Position numbers and translations under genes: made by a program. DNA of 64,000 nucleotides from an uncultured delta proteobacterium (GTDB taxonomy: Bacteria > Myxococcota_A > Polyangia > Polyangiales > Polyangiaceae). This document shows, piece by piece, positions 13,542 through 23,049 of this stretch; position 1 is the stretch's first letter, and each line of letters begins with the position of its first letter. The notes beneath the pieces are model-generated. The model was not told the DNA's origin. It saw only the letters and a list, made by a program, of their open reading frames with translations, and ran no database searches. The DNA lies in NCBI GenBank assembly GCA_963806225.1, contig CAWDXG010000001.1, forward strand, positions 1,280,001 to 1,344,000, read 5' to 3'.

Positions 13542-13769
13542 GTGGCCGACAAGGACGAATCGAGCAACAAGACGGGCAGCGACAAGCGCAAGCAGAGCCT
13601 CTATTTCCCCGAGGCCATGCTGCAGGAAATCAAGGACGAGGCGGCGCGGCTGGACCGTTCGCTGTCCTGGATCGTGCAGCGGGCATGGAAGATGGCTCGC
13701 CTCGAGATCAAGAAGATCCCGAGTGTCAACGACATCGGCGACGAGGAAGAAGACTCCAGTAGCGGCTGA
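13542..13769 (+). CDS. TIGR04563 (MXAN_4361/4362-like) small protein, ribbon-helix-helix-like
   Basis: SDKRKQSLYFPEAMLQEIKDEAARLDRSLSWIVQRAWK; GTG at 13542. Confidence 0.8.
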   Translation: MADKDESSNKTGSDKRKQSLYFPEAMLQEIKDEAARLDRSLSWIVQRAWKMARLEIKKIPSVNDIGDEEEDSSSG

Positions 13770-14643
13770 TACGGTCGCCGAGGAGTCTTTTGCGCTTGGA
13801 CCGGACGGTACCCGGCTCTACGTGCGTCATCGTGCGGGGCCGGCGGAGACGACTGCGATCCTCTGCGACGGTATCGTCTGCGATGGGTTCATCTACAAGT
13901 ACCTGTGGCAGGACCTCGGGCGCTCGCTGTCGGTCGCGCACTGGAACTACCGCGGACACGGACGCAGCGCTCGACCTGCAGACGACGAGCGCATCGGCGT
14001 GGAGGACCACGCCGCCGATCTGGACGCGGTTCGCCGCCACCTCGGCGATCCGCCCGCTGTACTGATCGGGCACTCCTTCGGCACCCAGGTGGCGCTCGAG
14101 GCCTACCGGCTCAGGCCCGAGCGTGTCCGGGCGATGGTGTTCCTGTGCGGCAGCTTCGGGCGAGTGACCCACACCTTCAAGGGAACCGACCTCCTGGCTG
14201 CGGTGCTGCCCCGGCTGACCGAGCTGGTCGGCGAGCACCCGAAGGTCGCACGGGCGCTCTGGTCCAGGGTGCCGCCCCGCGTCGCACTCAAGATCGCCCT
14301 GCTCACGGGGGACATCGATCCGCGGACTATCAATCCGGCGGATGTGGAGCCGTATTTCCGTCATGTTGCCGATGTGGATTTCATGATGTTCCTGCGCATG
14401 CTGACCCGGGCCGGCGAGCACACCGCCGAGGATCTCCTGCCCGGCATCGGCGTGCCGGTGCTCGTCATCGCGGGGGACCACGACTCGTTCACGCCGCCGG
14501 GTCTGTCCGAAAGCATGGCGGAGGCGATTCCCGGCGGTGAACTGGTGATGATCCCAGGTGGTACGCACGTTGCGCCGCTTGAACACCACGAGCTCGTCGC
14601 CATGCGCATCGAGAAATTCCTGCAGGTTCACGGAATTGGTTGA
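13723..14643 (+). CDS. Alpha/beta-fold hydrolase
   Basis: WNYRGHGRS, GHSFG nucleophile, GDHD, GTH; start uncertain (in-frame GTG at 13723). Confidence 0.88.
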   Translation: MSTTSATRKKTPVAADTVAEESFALGPDGTRLYVRHRAGPAETTAILCDGIVCDGFIYKYLWQDLGRSLSVAHWNYRGHGRSARPADDERIGVEDHAADLDAVRRHLGDPPAVLIGHSFGTQVALEAYRLRPERVRAMVFLCGSFGRVTHTFKGTDLLAAVLPRLTELVGEHPKVARALWSRVPPRVALKIALLTGDIDPRTINPADVEPYFRHVADVDFMMFLRMLTRAGEHTAEDLLPGIGVPVLVIAGDHDSFTPPGLSESMAEAIPGGELVMIPGGTHVAPLEHHELVAMRIEKFLQVHGIG

Positions 14644-14685
14644 TACCCTTGCCACTCGCGCCGATTCCTGGGGAGGCATGAACCC

Positions 14686-15399
14686 GTGGCAGACGATCGA
14701 CTAGAACCGGGGCTGATCGGGGACCTTCTCGGTCTGATCGCCCACGATCTCAGGAATCCGTTGTCGGCGTTGCACAGCAACGTCAGCTTCCTCGATTCGG
14801 TGTTCGTCGACGCGGACGAGGACACGCGCGAAGCTCTCGCCGACGCGATCGTGTCCTGCGACGGACTGCTGCACATCATCGACAACCTGGACCTCCTCGC
14901 TCATGTCCTGCGCGGCGCGCAGCTGATGCCGTCGGGCCCGGTGCCGCTGGCTTCGGTCGTCGCCGAGGCGGCGTCGCGCGTGGCCGGCGCGGCGACGAGC
15001 CATGGTGTCGAGCTGGTCGTCGACCCGGGGCTGGAGTCGCTGGCCACCCGCGTCCAGGCCCATCGCGACATGCTCGGGCGCGCTCTCGGCAATCTGCTCC
15101 ACAACGCGATCCAACACGGCGGCGCCGCCGCGCCCGTGCGCGTCTCCGCCTGCGAAGAGGACGGGCGGGCGTACGTGCGGGTCGTCGACGGCGGCACTCC
15201 GCTCGCCGAGGAGCTCAGGGAGTCGGGCTTCAGCGCCGTCGGGCAGCTTTCGTCCAAAGGCTTGGGTGCCGGTCGCTATGGTCGCGGCATCGGCCTGTAC
15301 TCGGCCCGCGTGGCTGCCCACGCCGCGAGTGCGACGGTCAGGTGGTTCCAGCCGGATTCCGGCGGCAACGGCTTCGAGCTGTCGCTCGCCATCGCCTGA
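14686..15399 (+). CDS. Sensorless histidine kinase (HisKA plus HATPase-like)
   Basis: AHDLRNPL H-box, NLLHNAIQH N-box, VVDGG, GRGIGLY. Confidence 0.8.
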   Translation: MADDRLEPGLIGDLLGLIAHDLRNPLSALHSNVSFLDSVFVDADEDTREALADAIVSCDGLLHIIDNLDLLAHVLRGAQLMPSGPVPLASVVAEAASRVAGAATSHGVELVVDPGLESLATRVQAHRDMLGRALGNLLHNAIQHGGAAAPVRVSACEEDGRAYVRVVDGGTPLAEELRESGFSAVGQLSSKGLGAGRYGRGIGLYSARVAAHAASATVRWFQPDSGGNGFELSLAIA

Positions 15400-15417
15400 C
15401 GCCAGAGCACACCGCGG

Positions 15418-16599
15418 CTACGGCTGCAGGATCACCACGCTGTCCGGGTCGCGGAAGAGCACCTTGCCGGTTTCGCCCGGGCAGCCCCAGCAGCTGCTGA
15501 AGTGGGCGCGCGGGCGGATCGAGTCGCTGTACGCGAACGCCACCGGTCCCGCCTCGTCCTTCATGATGAAGCTCGATGCGAGCTTGTACCGATCCTTGCC
15601 GAGCACGTAGTAGGCGACGACGAACGACGTGGCCTTGCCCGAGCGGGCCGTCACCAGCAGGTACTCGGCGCCGGGCACCGGGTGCCAGATCAGCGGCAGC
15701 ACGGTGAAGTTGAAACCCATGGTGTCGCCGGGACCGCGCGCGACGACCGTGTGGGCGGCATCCGGCTCGCGGAAGAACTTCACGTTCTTTGCGACCCAGG
15801 CGGTGTGCGGGTCCGAAGCGAGCAGCTTCTGCAGACGCTCGACGCCCAGATGCGTCTTCTTGAAGACATCGCCGAGCTTCGGTTCCTTGACGGCCGCGGC
15901 GTTCGGCGCTCCCTTGCAGCAGCGGAAACCGAGGTCCTCGTCGCTCTTGTCCGGATCGACGGCGTGGCGGGCTGCGCAGCGATGAGCGGGGCCGGGTGCA
16001 GCAGCGGCCGCGCCGCGGACGGCTGCGCCGCTCGCTCCGCCCTTCACGGTCGGATTCACGTCGCTGGCCGTCCACTCGCGCAGCGCCGCGCCCATGGCCA
16101 CTACGTCGAAGCCCGAGGCGCAGCTGCGTGGCTGCTGGGCGCAGCGCGGATCCCAGAGCTTGCCGCTCGAGTAGTCGTCGCTCTCCGGTCCCTTGCAGGC
16201 TCGTTCCCACTCGAGCTCCGTGCACAGACGCGCTCCGCGCTTGGCGCACAGCTGCCGGGCCTGTTTGCGCGTGACGCCCGTCAGGGGCGGCTTCGACGGA
16301 TCGTTGGGGTAGGGGAGCCGATCGATCCGGTACGGCCCGAGCTCGACTTCATAGCGTCGGGGCTCGAGCTCGGGATGGCGCCCTTCCGAGCCCGGCACGC
16401 TGCCGGCCTTGAACGCGCCGCCCCTGATCTCGATCTGCTCGTCCGCGAGCGGGGCTTGCTTCGGTCGCCGCGCCGACGGCACGGCGGCCGCGGCGCTCGA
16501 CGCCGCGCCGCTGCCGGGCGCGCTGCGACGCGAGCTTTCGTGACAGCCGTCGAGCAGCACCAGGGCCACCAGGACGGCGATGCCGCGGGGTCGAGGCAC
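15418..16599 (-). CDS. SUMF1/FGE-sulfatase-domain lipoprotein
   Basis: Lipobox-like LLDGC; RLCTELEWERACKG, EWT, LGFRCC; GTG at 16599. Confidence 0.75.
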   Translation of the reverse strand: MPRPRGIAVLVALVLLDGCHESSRRSAPGSGAASSAAAAVPSARRPKQAPLADEQIEIRGGAFKAGSVPGSEGRHPELEPRRYEVELGPYRIDRLPYPNDPSKPPLTGVTRKQARQLCAKRGARLCTELEWERACKGPESDDYSSGKLWDPRCAQQPRSCASGFDVVAMGAALREWTASDVNPTVKGGASGAAVRGAAAAAPGPAHRCAARHAVDPDKSDEDLGFRCCKGAPNAAAVKEPKLGDVFKKTHLGVERLQKLLASDPHTAWVAKNVKFFREPDAAHTVVARGPGDTMGFNFTVLPLIWHPVPGAEYLLVTARSGKATSFVVAYYVLGKDRYKLASSFIMKDEAGPVAFAYSDSIRPRAHFSSCWGCPGETGKVLFRDPDSVVILQP

Positions 16600-16757
16600 G
16601 GCGGGGAGACTGGCTTCTCCGGAGCCGCCGCGCAAGCGCTGCGCGATTCCGGCTTGTTGCCCGGACGTGCGCGTCGATGTAGACCACAAGTGGCCGGTCA
16701 TCCAGGCCGGCCCGCTCCCGGGGGGAACGCGGAGTTCGTCCTTTTCGACTACGACAG

Positions 16758-17012
16758 ATGCTACATCCACTCGCGCGAACGCTTGCCCCTTTGATGGATC
16801 TCGAGGTCGACGATCTGCGCTCGATCGTGGCGCGCTGGGTGCTGGAAGAGCACGACGAGAGCGAGCGCGCCCGCTACCGCTACTTCGGTGCCGAGCTGCG
16901 TGCGCTCAAGCACCGGATCCAACGGCGAGCCACACCGCCCAGCGAGGAAGAAATCGAGATCGCGCTGACCGCGCTGCTCGCGCTGGCCGGGCACCGCGTC
17001 GGACAAGGCTGA
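16758..17012 (+). CDS. Small helical hypothetical protein
   Basis: 84-aa ORF, amphipathic composition (MDLEVDDLRSIVARWVLEE...). Confidence 0.55.
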   Translation: MLHPLARTLAPLMDLEVDDLRSIVARWVLEEHDESERARYRYFGAELRALKHRIQRRATPPSEEEIEIALTALLALAGHRVGQG

Positions 17013-17046
17013 ACCGCGCGCGGGTCCGCGCCGGAACGAGGGTACG

Positions 17047-18241
17047 GTGGGCTCGAGCTTCGCGGAGCGCACTCATTGCCGCGGTCGATCCCGCGCGCCT
17101 GTCCCGCTATGCCCCGCGCGCCGTAGGCGCGGAAGCGGGCCCGCGGCTCGAGCTATGCCGCGACGCGCTCGCGCATCCGCTGGGCGCCCCGCTGCTCGGC
17201 GAGCTCACGCGGGCCGCGCGGCGCATCGCGATAGCGATAAGCGACGCTTCCCGCGACGAGCCCCGCGATGAGATGCTCACAGCGCTTCTCGAGCAGCTCC
17301 CCCGCGAGCGCGTCACGCTGGTCGTGGCGGCCGGCACGCATCGCGCGGACGCCGGCGTCGTACCGACTCGTTTCCGCGATCTGCCGTGCGTCGTGCATGA
17401 CGCGACCCGCGCCGATCGCTTTGTCGAGCTGGGCACCACGCGCGAGGGAACGACGGTCCGCATGCTACGGGAGATCTGCGAAGCGGATCTGGTCGTAGCG
17501 ACCGGGCGCATCCGCCCGCACTACTTTGCCGGCTACTCCGGCGGCGTGAAGAGCGTCTTCCCCGGTTGTGGTTTCCAGGCCGACATCCTTGAAAATCACC
17601 TGCTCAAGGCTGACCCCAGCGCGCGGCTCGGGCGTGTCGACGACAACCGCTGCCGTCTCGACATGGAGGAAGCTGCGCTGATGCTGCCCGGGCGACTTTC
17701 GATACTGGACGTGCTCGACGACTGCGACGGAAATCCCGTCGCGGCGGCGAGCGGGGATCCGATCCTCGCGCACCGCGCGCTGGCGCGGCAGGCGCGGGTG
17801 CTGTTCGTGGTCGAAGCGCCGCGCTCGGCCGTGGTGGTCGTCGCGGACCGGCCTCCGGTCACGCGCTCCCTCTACCAGGCTTCGAAGATGCTGCCTCCCG
17901 CGGGAGCTCTGCTCGAGCCGGGCGGGACGGTCATCATGCTGGCGGAGTGCGATCAGGGAATCGGGCCGCTCGAGCGCGTGAACGAGGGGATCTACCGGCT
18001 CGGCGTGTCGCGCCAGCTGCCGGAGGGCCACCGCGTGGTGCTGGTCAGCCGGCTGTCGCCCGACGTGGTCCGGGAGAGCTACGCAGAGCCGGCCGGGGAC
18101 TTCGGAGCGGCGCTCGAAGAGGCGCTCGACCGCGCCGGCGTCGCGTCGGCGGTGCTGCTCTGGCGCGCCGGCGAGTGCATCGCCGAGGCCAGCCCTGGCG
18201 GCGGGCGCGAAGCTGGAAATGCGCTAGTATCAGGCCGATGA
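17047..18241 (+). CDS. LarA-family (lactate racemase domain) nickel-pincer racemase/epimerase
   Basis: SDASR, GTHR, PHYFAGYSGGVKS, ENH and LYQASK match the LarA catalytic and cofactor motifs; start probably GTG 17047 with a +1 indel near 17065. Confidence 0.8.
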
Positions 18242-18343
18242 CGCGCTGCGCCGGCCCGAGCCGCGCGCAGCCGTCGCATGAGATGCCTTGTCCGGCCGTG
18301 AGGCGCTGGCTAGGTTGTGCGCCCCAGCCCCCGGGAGACCTGC

Positions 18344-20325
18344 ATGAGCGACGAGCGTGTCCGGATCCAGGGAAGGATCCTCTATCTGACGGAAGACATG
18401 GAGCTGCTGAGACGGCAGCTCGAGGGGGAGGACCTGGCCTACGACCCGGAGCGGAAGCTCATCGACAACATCTCGACCGACGAGATAACGCCAGGTTGGG
18501 TCTGCTACTACTTCGACGAGACGCTGGCCCGCTATTCGCTGGTCGGGTTGCGCGGCGGCGTGGTGCAGAAGGACGCGATCAAGGACGGCGGCTTCGGCGT
18601 CATCGTCAGCGGTCGCAGCAAGGGCTGCGGCAGCTCGCGCGAGACGGCGCCGTACTCCGAGCTCAAGGCCGGCGTGCAGCTGGTTATCGCCGAGAGCATC
18701 GAGAAGATCTACGGGCAGAACTGCCAGAACATCGGCCTGCTCACCTCGACCGACTTCTCGCTCATCGATCGCATCCAGCGCGGCGAGGAGATCCCGATCA
18801 GCGAGTTCACGAAGGGGCTCGACCCGATCAGCTCGCCAGATCGTCGAGTGCGGCGGCCTGTTCGACTACAACAAGAAGCGCATGGCGGGCGAGATCGCTC
18901 CGCCCACGCCGTCCACGCCAGCGCGTCCGATGACGCTGTGCGAGAAGATCATCGCCGCGCGCGCCATCGCCGACGCGAAGACCGGCAAGCTCGGCGTACC
19001 CGGCGTGAAGCCAGGTGACGCGCTGTTCGTGCGCACCGACGTGCGTTTCAGCCACGAATACGTCACGCCGATGGCCGACTCGCTGTTCCGCCAGGGCTTC
19101 GGCGAGGACGTGGAGGTCACCGAGCCGGACAGCGTGTTCGCCTTCCGCGATCACCTGACCTTCCTCGATCTGGTGATGCCCGAGCAGCACAAGAAGATGG
19201 GGCTGCGCGAGCAGGCCGCTTCGCTCAAGACGGTTCAGGAGAGCTTCAGCAAGCGGCACGGCATCAAGCTCTACGGCGAGGTCGAACGCGCGGGTCACAC
19301 CGTGGGCAGCGAGGCCATCTGTCACAACAAGGTGATCGAGGAGCTGGCGCTGCCCGGGCAGATCGTCACTGGCACGGACTCGCACACCTGCATGGCCGGC
19401 GCGCTCGGCTGCTTCGCCTTCGGGGTCGGCAGCACCGACATGGCGAATGCCTGGTTCACGCGGGACGTGCGCGTGAAGGTGCCGGAGACGGTGCGCTTCG
19501 TGCTGCGCGGTGAGCTCAGACCGGGCGTGTGCGCGAAGGACGTGATGCTGCACATCCTGAGCCTCGACCACTTCAAGAGCGGGCGCGGCATCGGCCAGGT
19601 GCTGGAGTTCGCGGGCGAAGGTATCCGCACGCTGCCGCTGGACGAACGCGCGACTCTCACGAACATGGCGGTCGAGGCCGGCAGCTTCACGGGCATCATC
19701 GAGGCCGACGACGTCGTCGTCGACTACCTGGTGAAAAACCGCGGTCTGGACGCCGACGACGTGCGGAAGCGCATCGTGCGCGCCGACGAAGGGGCCGCAG
19801 TACGCGGCCACCTACTCCGTCGACCTGTCGACCATCCCCGCCATGGTGGCCACTCCGGGTGACCCGCGGAACGGGATCCCGCTGTCGGAGCTCGAGCGGA
19901 AGCAGGGCGGCGAGGTGAAGATCAACATCGCCTACGGCGGCTCGTGCACCGGCGGCAAGAAGGCCGACATGGACATGTACGCCGCGGTCCTGAAGCGCGC
20001 GCTCGAGCAGGACAAGCGGGTTGCCGAGGGCGTACAGCTGTTCATCCAGTTCGGCTCACAGCAGATCCGCAAGTATGCCGAGGAGCGCGGCTACATCGAC
20101 GTGTTCGAGCGCGCCGGCGCGCAGCTGGTCGATCCCTCCTGCGGCGCCTGCATCCGTGCGGGGCCAGGGGTGTCGTTCTCCACCGATGAAGTGACGGTGA
20201 GCGCCATCAACCGCAACTTCCCGGGGCGTAGCGGTCCGGGGAAGGTGTATCTGGCGAGCCCGCTGGTGGTCGCGGCCAGCGCCATCTTCGGCCACATCGT
20301 CGGCCCGGACGCGCTCCAGGATTGA
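18344..20325 (+). CDS. Aconitase-family dehydratase, single-chain LeuD-like plus LeuC-like fusion (two frameshifts)
   Basis: DNISTDEITP and GCGSSRE (small subunit), then MTLCEKI, GTDSHTC, GGSCTGG, PSCGAC, NRNFPGRSG, YLASP; indels near 18835 and 19797. Confidence 0.85.
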
Positions 20326-20330
20326 CGGGC

Positions 20331-20915
20331 ATGCCCAGCGCTCGGTCGTTCCAGGTTGGACCGGACACGCGGGTCGGTGTCCGCTACAGCGTGTTCGACG
20401 CCGAGGGCGACCTGGTCGAAACGTCCACCCTGGAGGCCGTGTTCGGATATGGCGAGCTTCTGCCAGCGGCGGAACAGGCCATCCAGGGACTCCGGGTAGG
20501 CGAGCGAAGGAGCCTGGAGCTCGGTCCGGAGCAGGCCTACGGTCGCCGCGATCAGCAGGCCATCATCGAAGTGGACCGCGAGGATTTCCCGCCCGATGTG
20601 GCTCCCGGGGATCGTTTCGAGGCAGAAAGTGCCGGTGGCGGGGTCGTCATGCTGCACGTACTGGAGGTGCTCGACGACGCGGTGGTTCTCGATACGAACC
20701 ATCCACTTGCCGGGCAGAAAGTGCGTATCGAGCTCGAGATCACCAGTGTTCGCCCGGCGACGGCGGAGGAAATCGAGGAGGCGGTCCGCCGGCTCGAACG
20801 ACGGCAGAGCGGCGACCAGGCGCCGGACCCGGAGCTTGTGCCGCCTGGGCGCTTGCTTCAGGGCCCTTCCAGGCGCTACGAGAGCGACCCGCCTGGATCG
20901 GGCAAGGTTGCGTGA
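20331..20915 (+). CDS. FKBP-type peptidyl-prolyl isomerase, SlyD/SlpA-like, without His-rich tail
   Basis: LGPEQAYG, LDTNHPLAGQKV, VRPATAEEI. Confidence 0.85.
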   Translation: MPSARSFQVGPDTRVGVRYSVFDAEGDLVETSTLEAVFGYGELLPAAEQAIQGLRVGERRSLELGPEQAYGRRDQQAIIEVDREDFPPDVAPGDRFEAESAGGGVVMLHVLEVLDDAVVLDTNHPLAGQKVRIELEITSVRPATAEEIEEAVRRLERRQSGDQAPDPELVPPGRLLQGPSRRYESDPPGSGKVA

Positions 20916-20988
20916 GACGTGAAGCCCGGCACCGGCATCCCGCGAGGGACACCCGGGACGAGGGAACGCCCCAGGGAGAATAGACAAG

Positions 20989-21498
20989 ATGAGTGATCCG
21001 GAAGTGTTCAAGTACGATGTGAGGGTTCGCGAGCGGATGCTGCACAAGGGCATGGTCAGCGAGGCCGAGGTGAAGAAGCACCTCGACGCGCTGCCGGACC
21101 TGGAGGCAGACAGCGACCTCGTGACAATGCAGCAGCCCGCACTCGGGCACCCCGAGCAGCCCGTCGCGGCCGCGGAACCCCCGGCCCCGCCCGCCGAGCC
21201 CGTGGCATGGACGCCGGCGCCGGCAGCGGCCCCCAGGCCCGCGGCAGCGCCCGAACCCGCGGCGCGTGAACCCGTGCCCGCGGTAGCAGCAGCGCCGGAG
21301 CCCGCGGCGGCAGCGCCGGAGCCCGCGGCGGCAGCGCCGGAGCCCGCGGCGGCAGCGCCGGAGCCCGCGGCGGCAGCGCCGGAGCCCGCGGTGGCAGCGC
21401 CGGAGCCCGCGGCGGCAGCGCCGGAGCCCGCGGCGGCAGCGCCGGAGCCCGCGGCGGCAGCGCCCGACCCCGTCGATGACGAGGGGTGGGGGTCATGA
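20989..21498 (+). CDS. Hypothetical protein with Pro/Ala/Glu repeat tail
   Basis: N-terminal DVRVRERMLHKGMVSEAEVKKHLDALPDL, then (APEPAAA)n. Confidence 0.7.
   Translation: MSDPEVFKYDVRVRERMLHKGMVSEAEVKKHLDALPDLEADSDLVTMQQPALGHPEQPVAAAEPPAPPAEPVAWTPAPAAAPRPAAAPEPAAREPVPAVAAAPEPAAAAPEPAAAAPEPAAAAPEPAAAAPEPAVAAPEPAAAAPEPAAAAPEPAAAAPDPVDDEGWGS
21289..21464 (+). repeat. 21-bp coding tandem repeat, 8 copies plus a partial
   Basis: GCAGCGCCGGAGCCCGCGGCG repeated; one copy has a C>T change (Ala>Val). Confidence 0.95.
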
Positions 21499-21851
21499 CC
21501 GGCAACGGCGACAGCGGGCCGGACGCTGCGGAGCTCGAAGCGAGCGAGGCAGCGTTCGAGAAGGCCAAGGAGGCGGCGGAGCGGGCTGGGGGGCAAGACC
21601 TCCCCGCCATCGACTTCTCCACCTTCGTGCTGTCGCTGAGCCATTCCGCGCTAGTGCATCTGGGCGATGCACCGGACCCGTCGGGGGGCACGGCCGGGAA
21701 GAACCTGCCTCTGGCCCGCCAGACGATCGACCTTCTGGCCCTGCTCCAGGACAAGACCCGGGGCAATCTCGACGGCCAGGAGGAGCACATCCTGGACCAG
21801 GCGCTGTACGATCTCAGAATGCGCTTCGTGGAGGTCTCGAAAGGCCAGTGA
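21495..21851 (+). CDS. DUF1844 family protein
   Basis: IDFSTFVLSL...ALVHLG...LARQTIDLLALLQDKTRGNL...LYDLRMRFV. Confidence 0.88.
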   Translation: MTGNGDSGPDAAELEASEAAFEKAKEAAERAGGQDLPAIDFSTFVLSLSHSALVHLGDAPDPSGGTAGKNLPLARQTIDLLALLQDKTRGNLDGQEEHILDQALYDLRMRFVEVSKGQ

Positions 21852-22987
21852 AGGCAGGTCTCGCGCTCGCGCTCCTGGCGCTTGTGCCAGTCGGCTGCAA
21901 GCACAGCGGGGGCACGGCCTCGCTGCCGTCCGGCGCCGTACCGGTGGCATCGGTGCCTGCCCCGACGGCAGCGCCGCCTGTCGGGGTGACTCCCGGGGTC
22001 AACGCGCCGGCGAGCTTCGCGAACCTCGCCGCGAAAGCGGATTCGGCCGTCGTCTTCGTCAAGACGTTGCAGGAACAGACCGGCCGCACCGGCCGGCGTC
22101 GCATCGTCGGCGAGGGTCTGGGCAGCGCCTTCGTCTACGACAAATCGGGCCTGATCCTCACGAACAACCACGTCATCGAGGATGCCAGCGAGATCCACGT
22201 GGTCTTCGGCAAGGTCAAGGAGATGAAGGCCACGGTGGTGGGCGCGGATCCTCCGTCGGATGTGGCGGTGCTCCGGGTCGACGCGAAGAACCTCTCGTAT
22301 CTGCCGCTAGGAGACTCGGACAAGATGCGCGTGGGGGACTGGGTGGTCGCCATCGGCAACCCCTTCGGGCTTTCCCACACCGTCTCGGCCGGCATCGTTT
22401 CCGCGAAAGGGCGCACCGGGCAGGACGTGCGCGGCCTCGGCGACGGGACCGGCTACTACAACTTCCTGCAGACCGACGCGAGCATCAATCCCGGCAACTC
22501 GGGCGGCCCGCTGCTGGACATGTCCGGGCGCGTCATCGGCATCAACACCGCCATCCGGGCGCGCGCGAACAACATCGGATTCGCGATCCCGATCAACATG
22601 GTCAAGGAGCTGGTGCCGCGGCTGATCAAGGACGGGAAGATCCGCCGCAGCGCGATCGGCATCCGGGTGTCGTCGGTGGTGCCGGAGGACGTGAAGCGGC
22701 TCGGGCTGAAGGACCAGTCCGGTGCCCTCGTTCGCTACGTGAAGCCAGGCAGCCCGGCGGACTCGGCGGGGCTCAAGGTCGACGACGTGATCGTCGGCTT
22801 CGACGGGGATGTGATGCCCGGCCCGGAGAAGCTGCGCTGGGTGGCGAGCCTGGCCGGGGTGGGCAAACCGGCCACGGTCCGGGTCATCCGCGGCAAGCGG
22901 ACGTTCGACCTGAAGCTGAAGCTGGGCGAGCTCCCGGCCCATCCAGCGCCTGCCGAACATGATGATAATCCCTTTGGATTTCCGTAA
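21848..22987 (+). CDS. HtrA/DegP-like serine protease lipoprotein with one PDZ
   Basis: Lipobox VPVGC; LTNNHV, DVAVL, INPGNSGGPL; GTG at 21848. Confidence 0.92.
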   Translation: MKAGLALALLALVPVGCKHSGGTASLPSGAVPVASVPAPTAAPPVGVTPGVNAPASFANLAAKADSAVVFVKTLQEQTGRTGRRRIVGEGLGSAFVYDKSGLILTNNHVIEDASEIHVVFGKVKEMKATVVGADPPSDVAVLRVDAKNLSYLPLGDSDKMRVGDWVVAIGNPFGLSHTVSAGIVSAKGRTGQDVRGLGDGTGYYNFLQTDASINPGNSGGPLLDMSGRVIGINTAIRARANNIGFAIPINMVKELVPRLIKDGKIRRSAIGIRVSSVVPEDVKRLGLKDQSGALVRYVKPGSPADSAGLKVDDVIVGFDGDVMPGPEKLRWVASLAGVGKPATVRVIRGKRTFDLKLKLGELPAHPAPAEHDDNPFGFP

Positions 22988-23049
22988 GTTGACGCTCTGG
23001 CTTCATTCCGGCTGGGGATCGCAGGGCGATTTTAGGCGTACACTATGGG

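Noticed and set aside
20331..20915. SlyD as nickel chaperone for the LarA enzyme
   Set aside because: It lacks the His/Cys-rich metal-binding tail; adjacency alone is weak evidence
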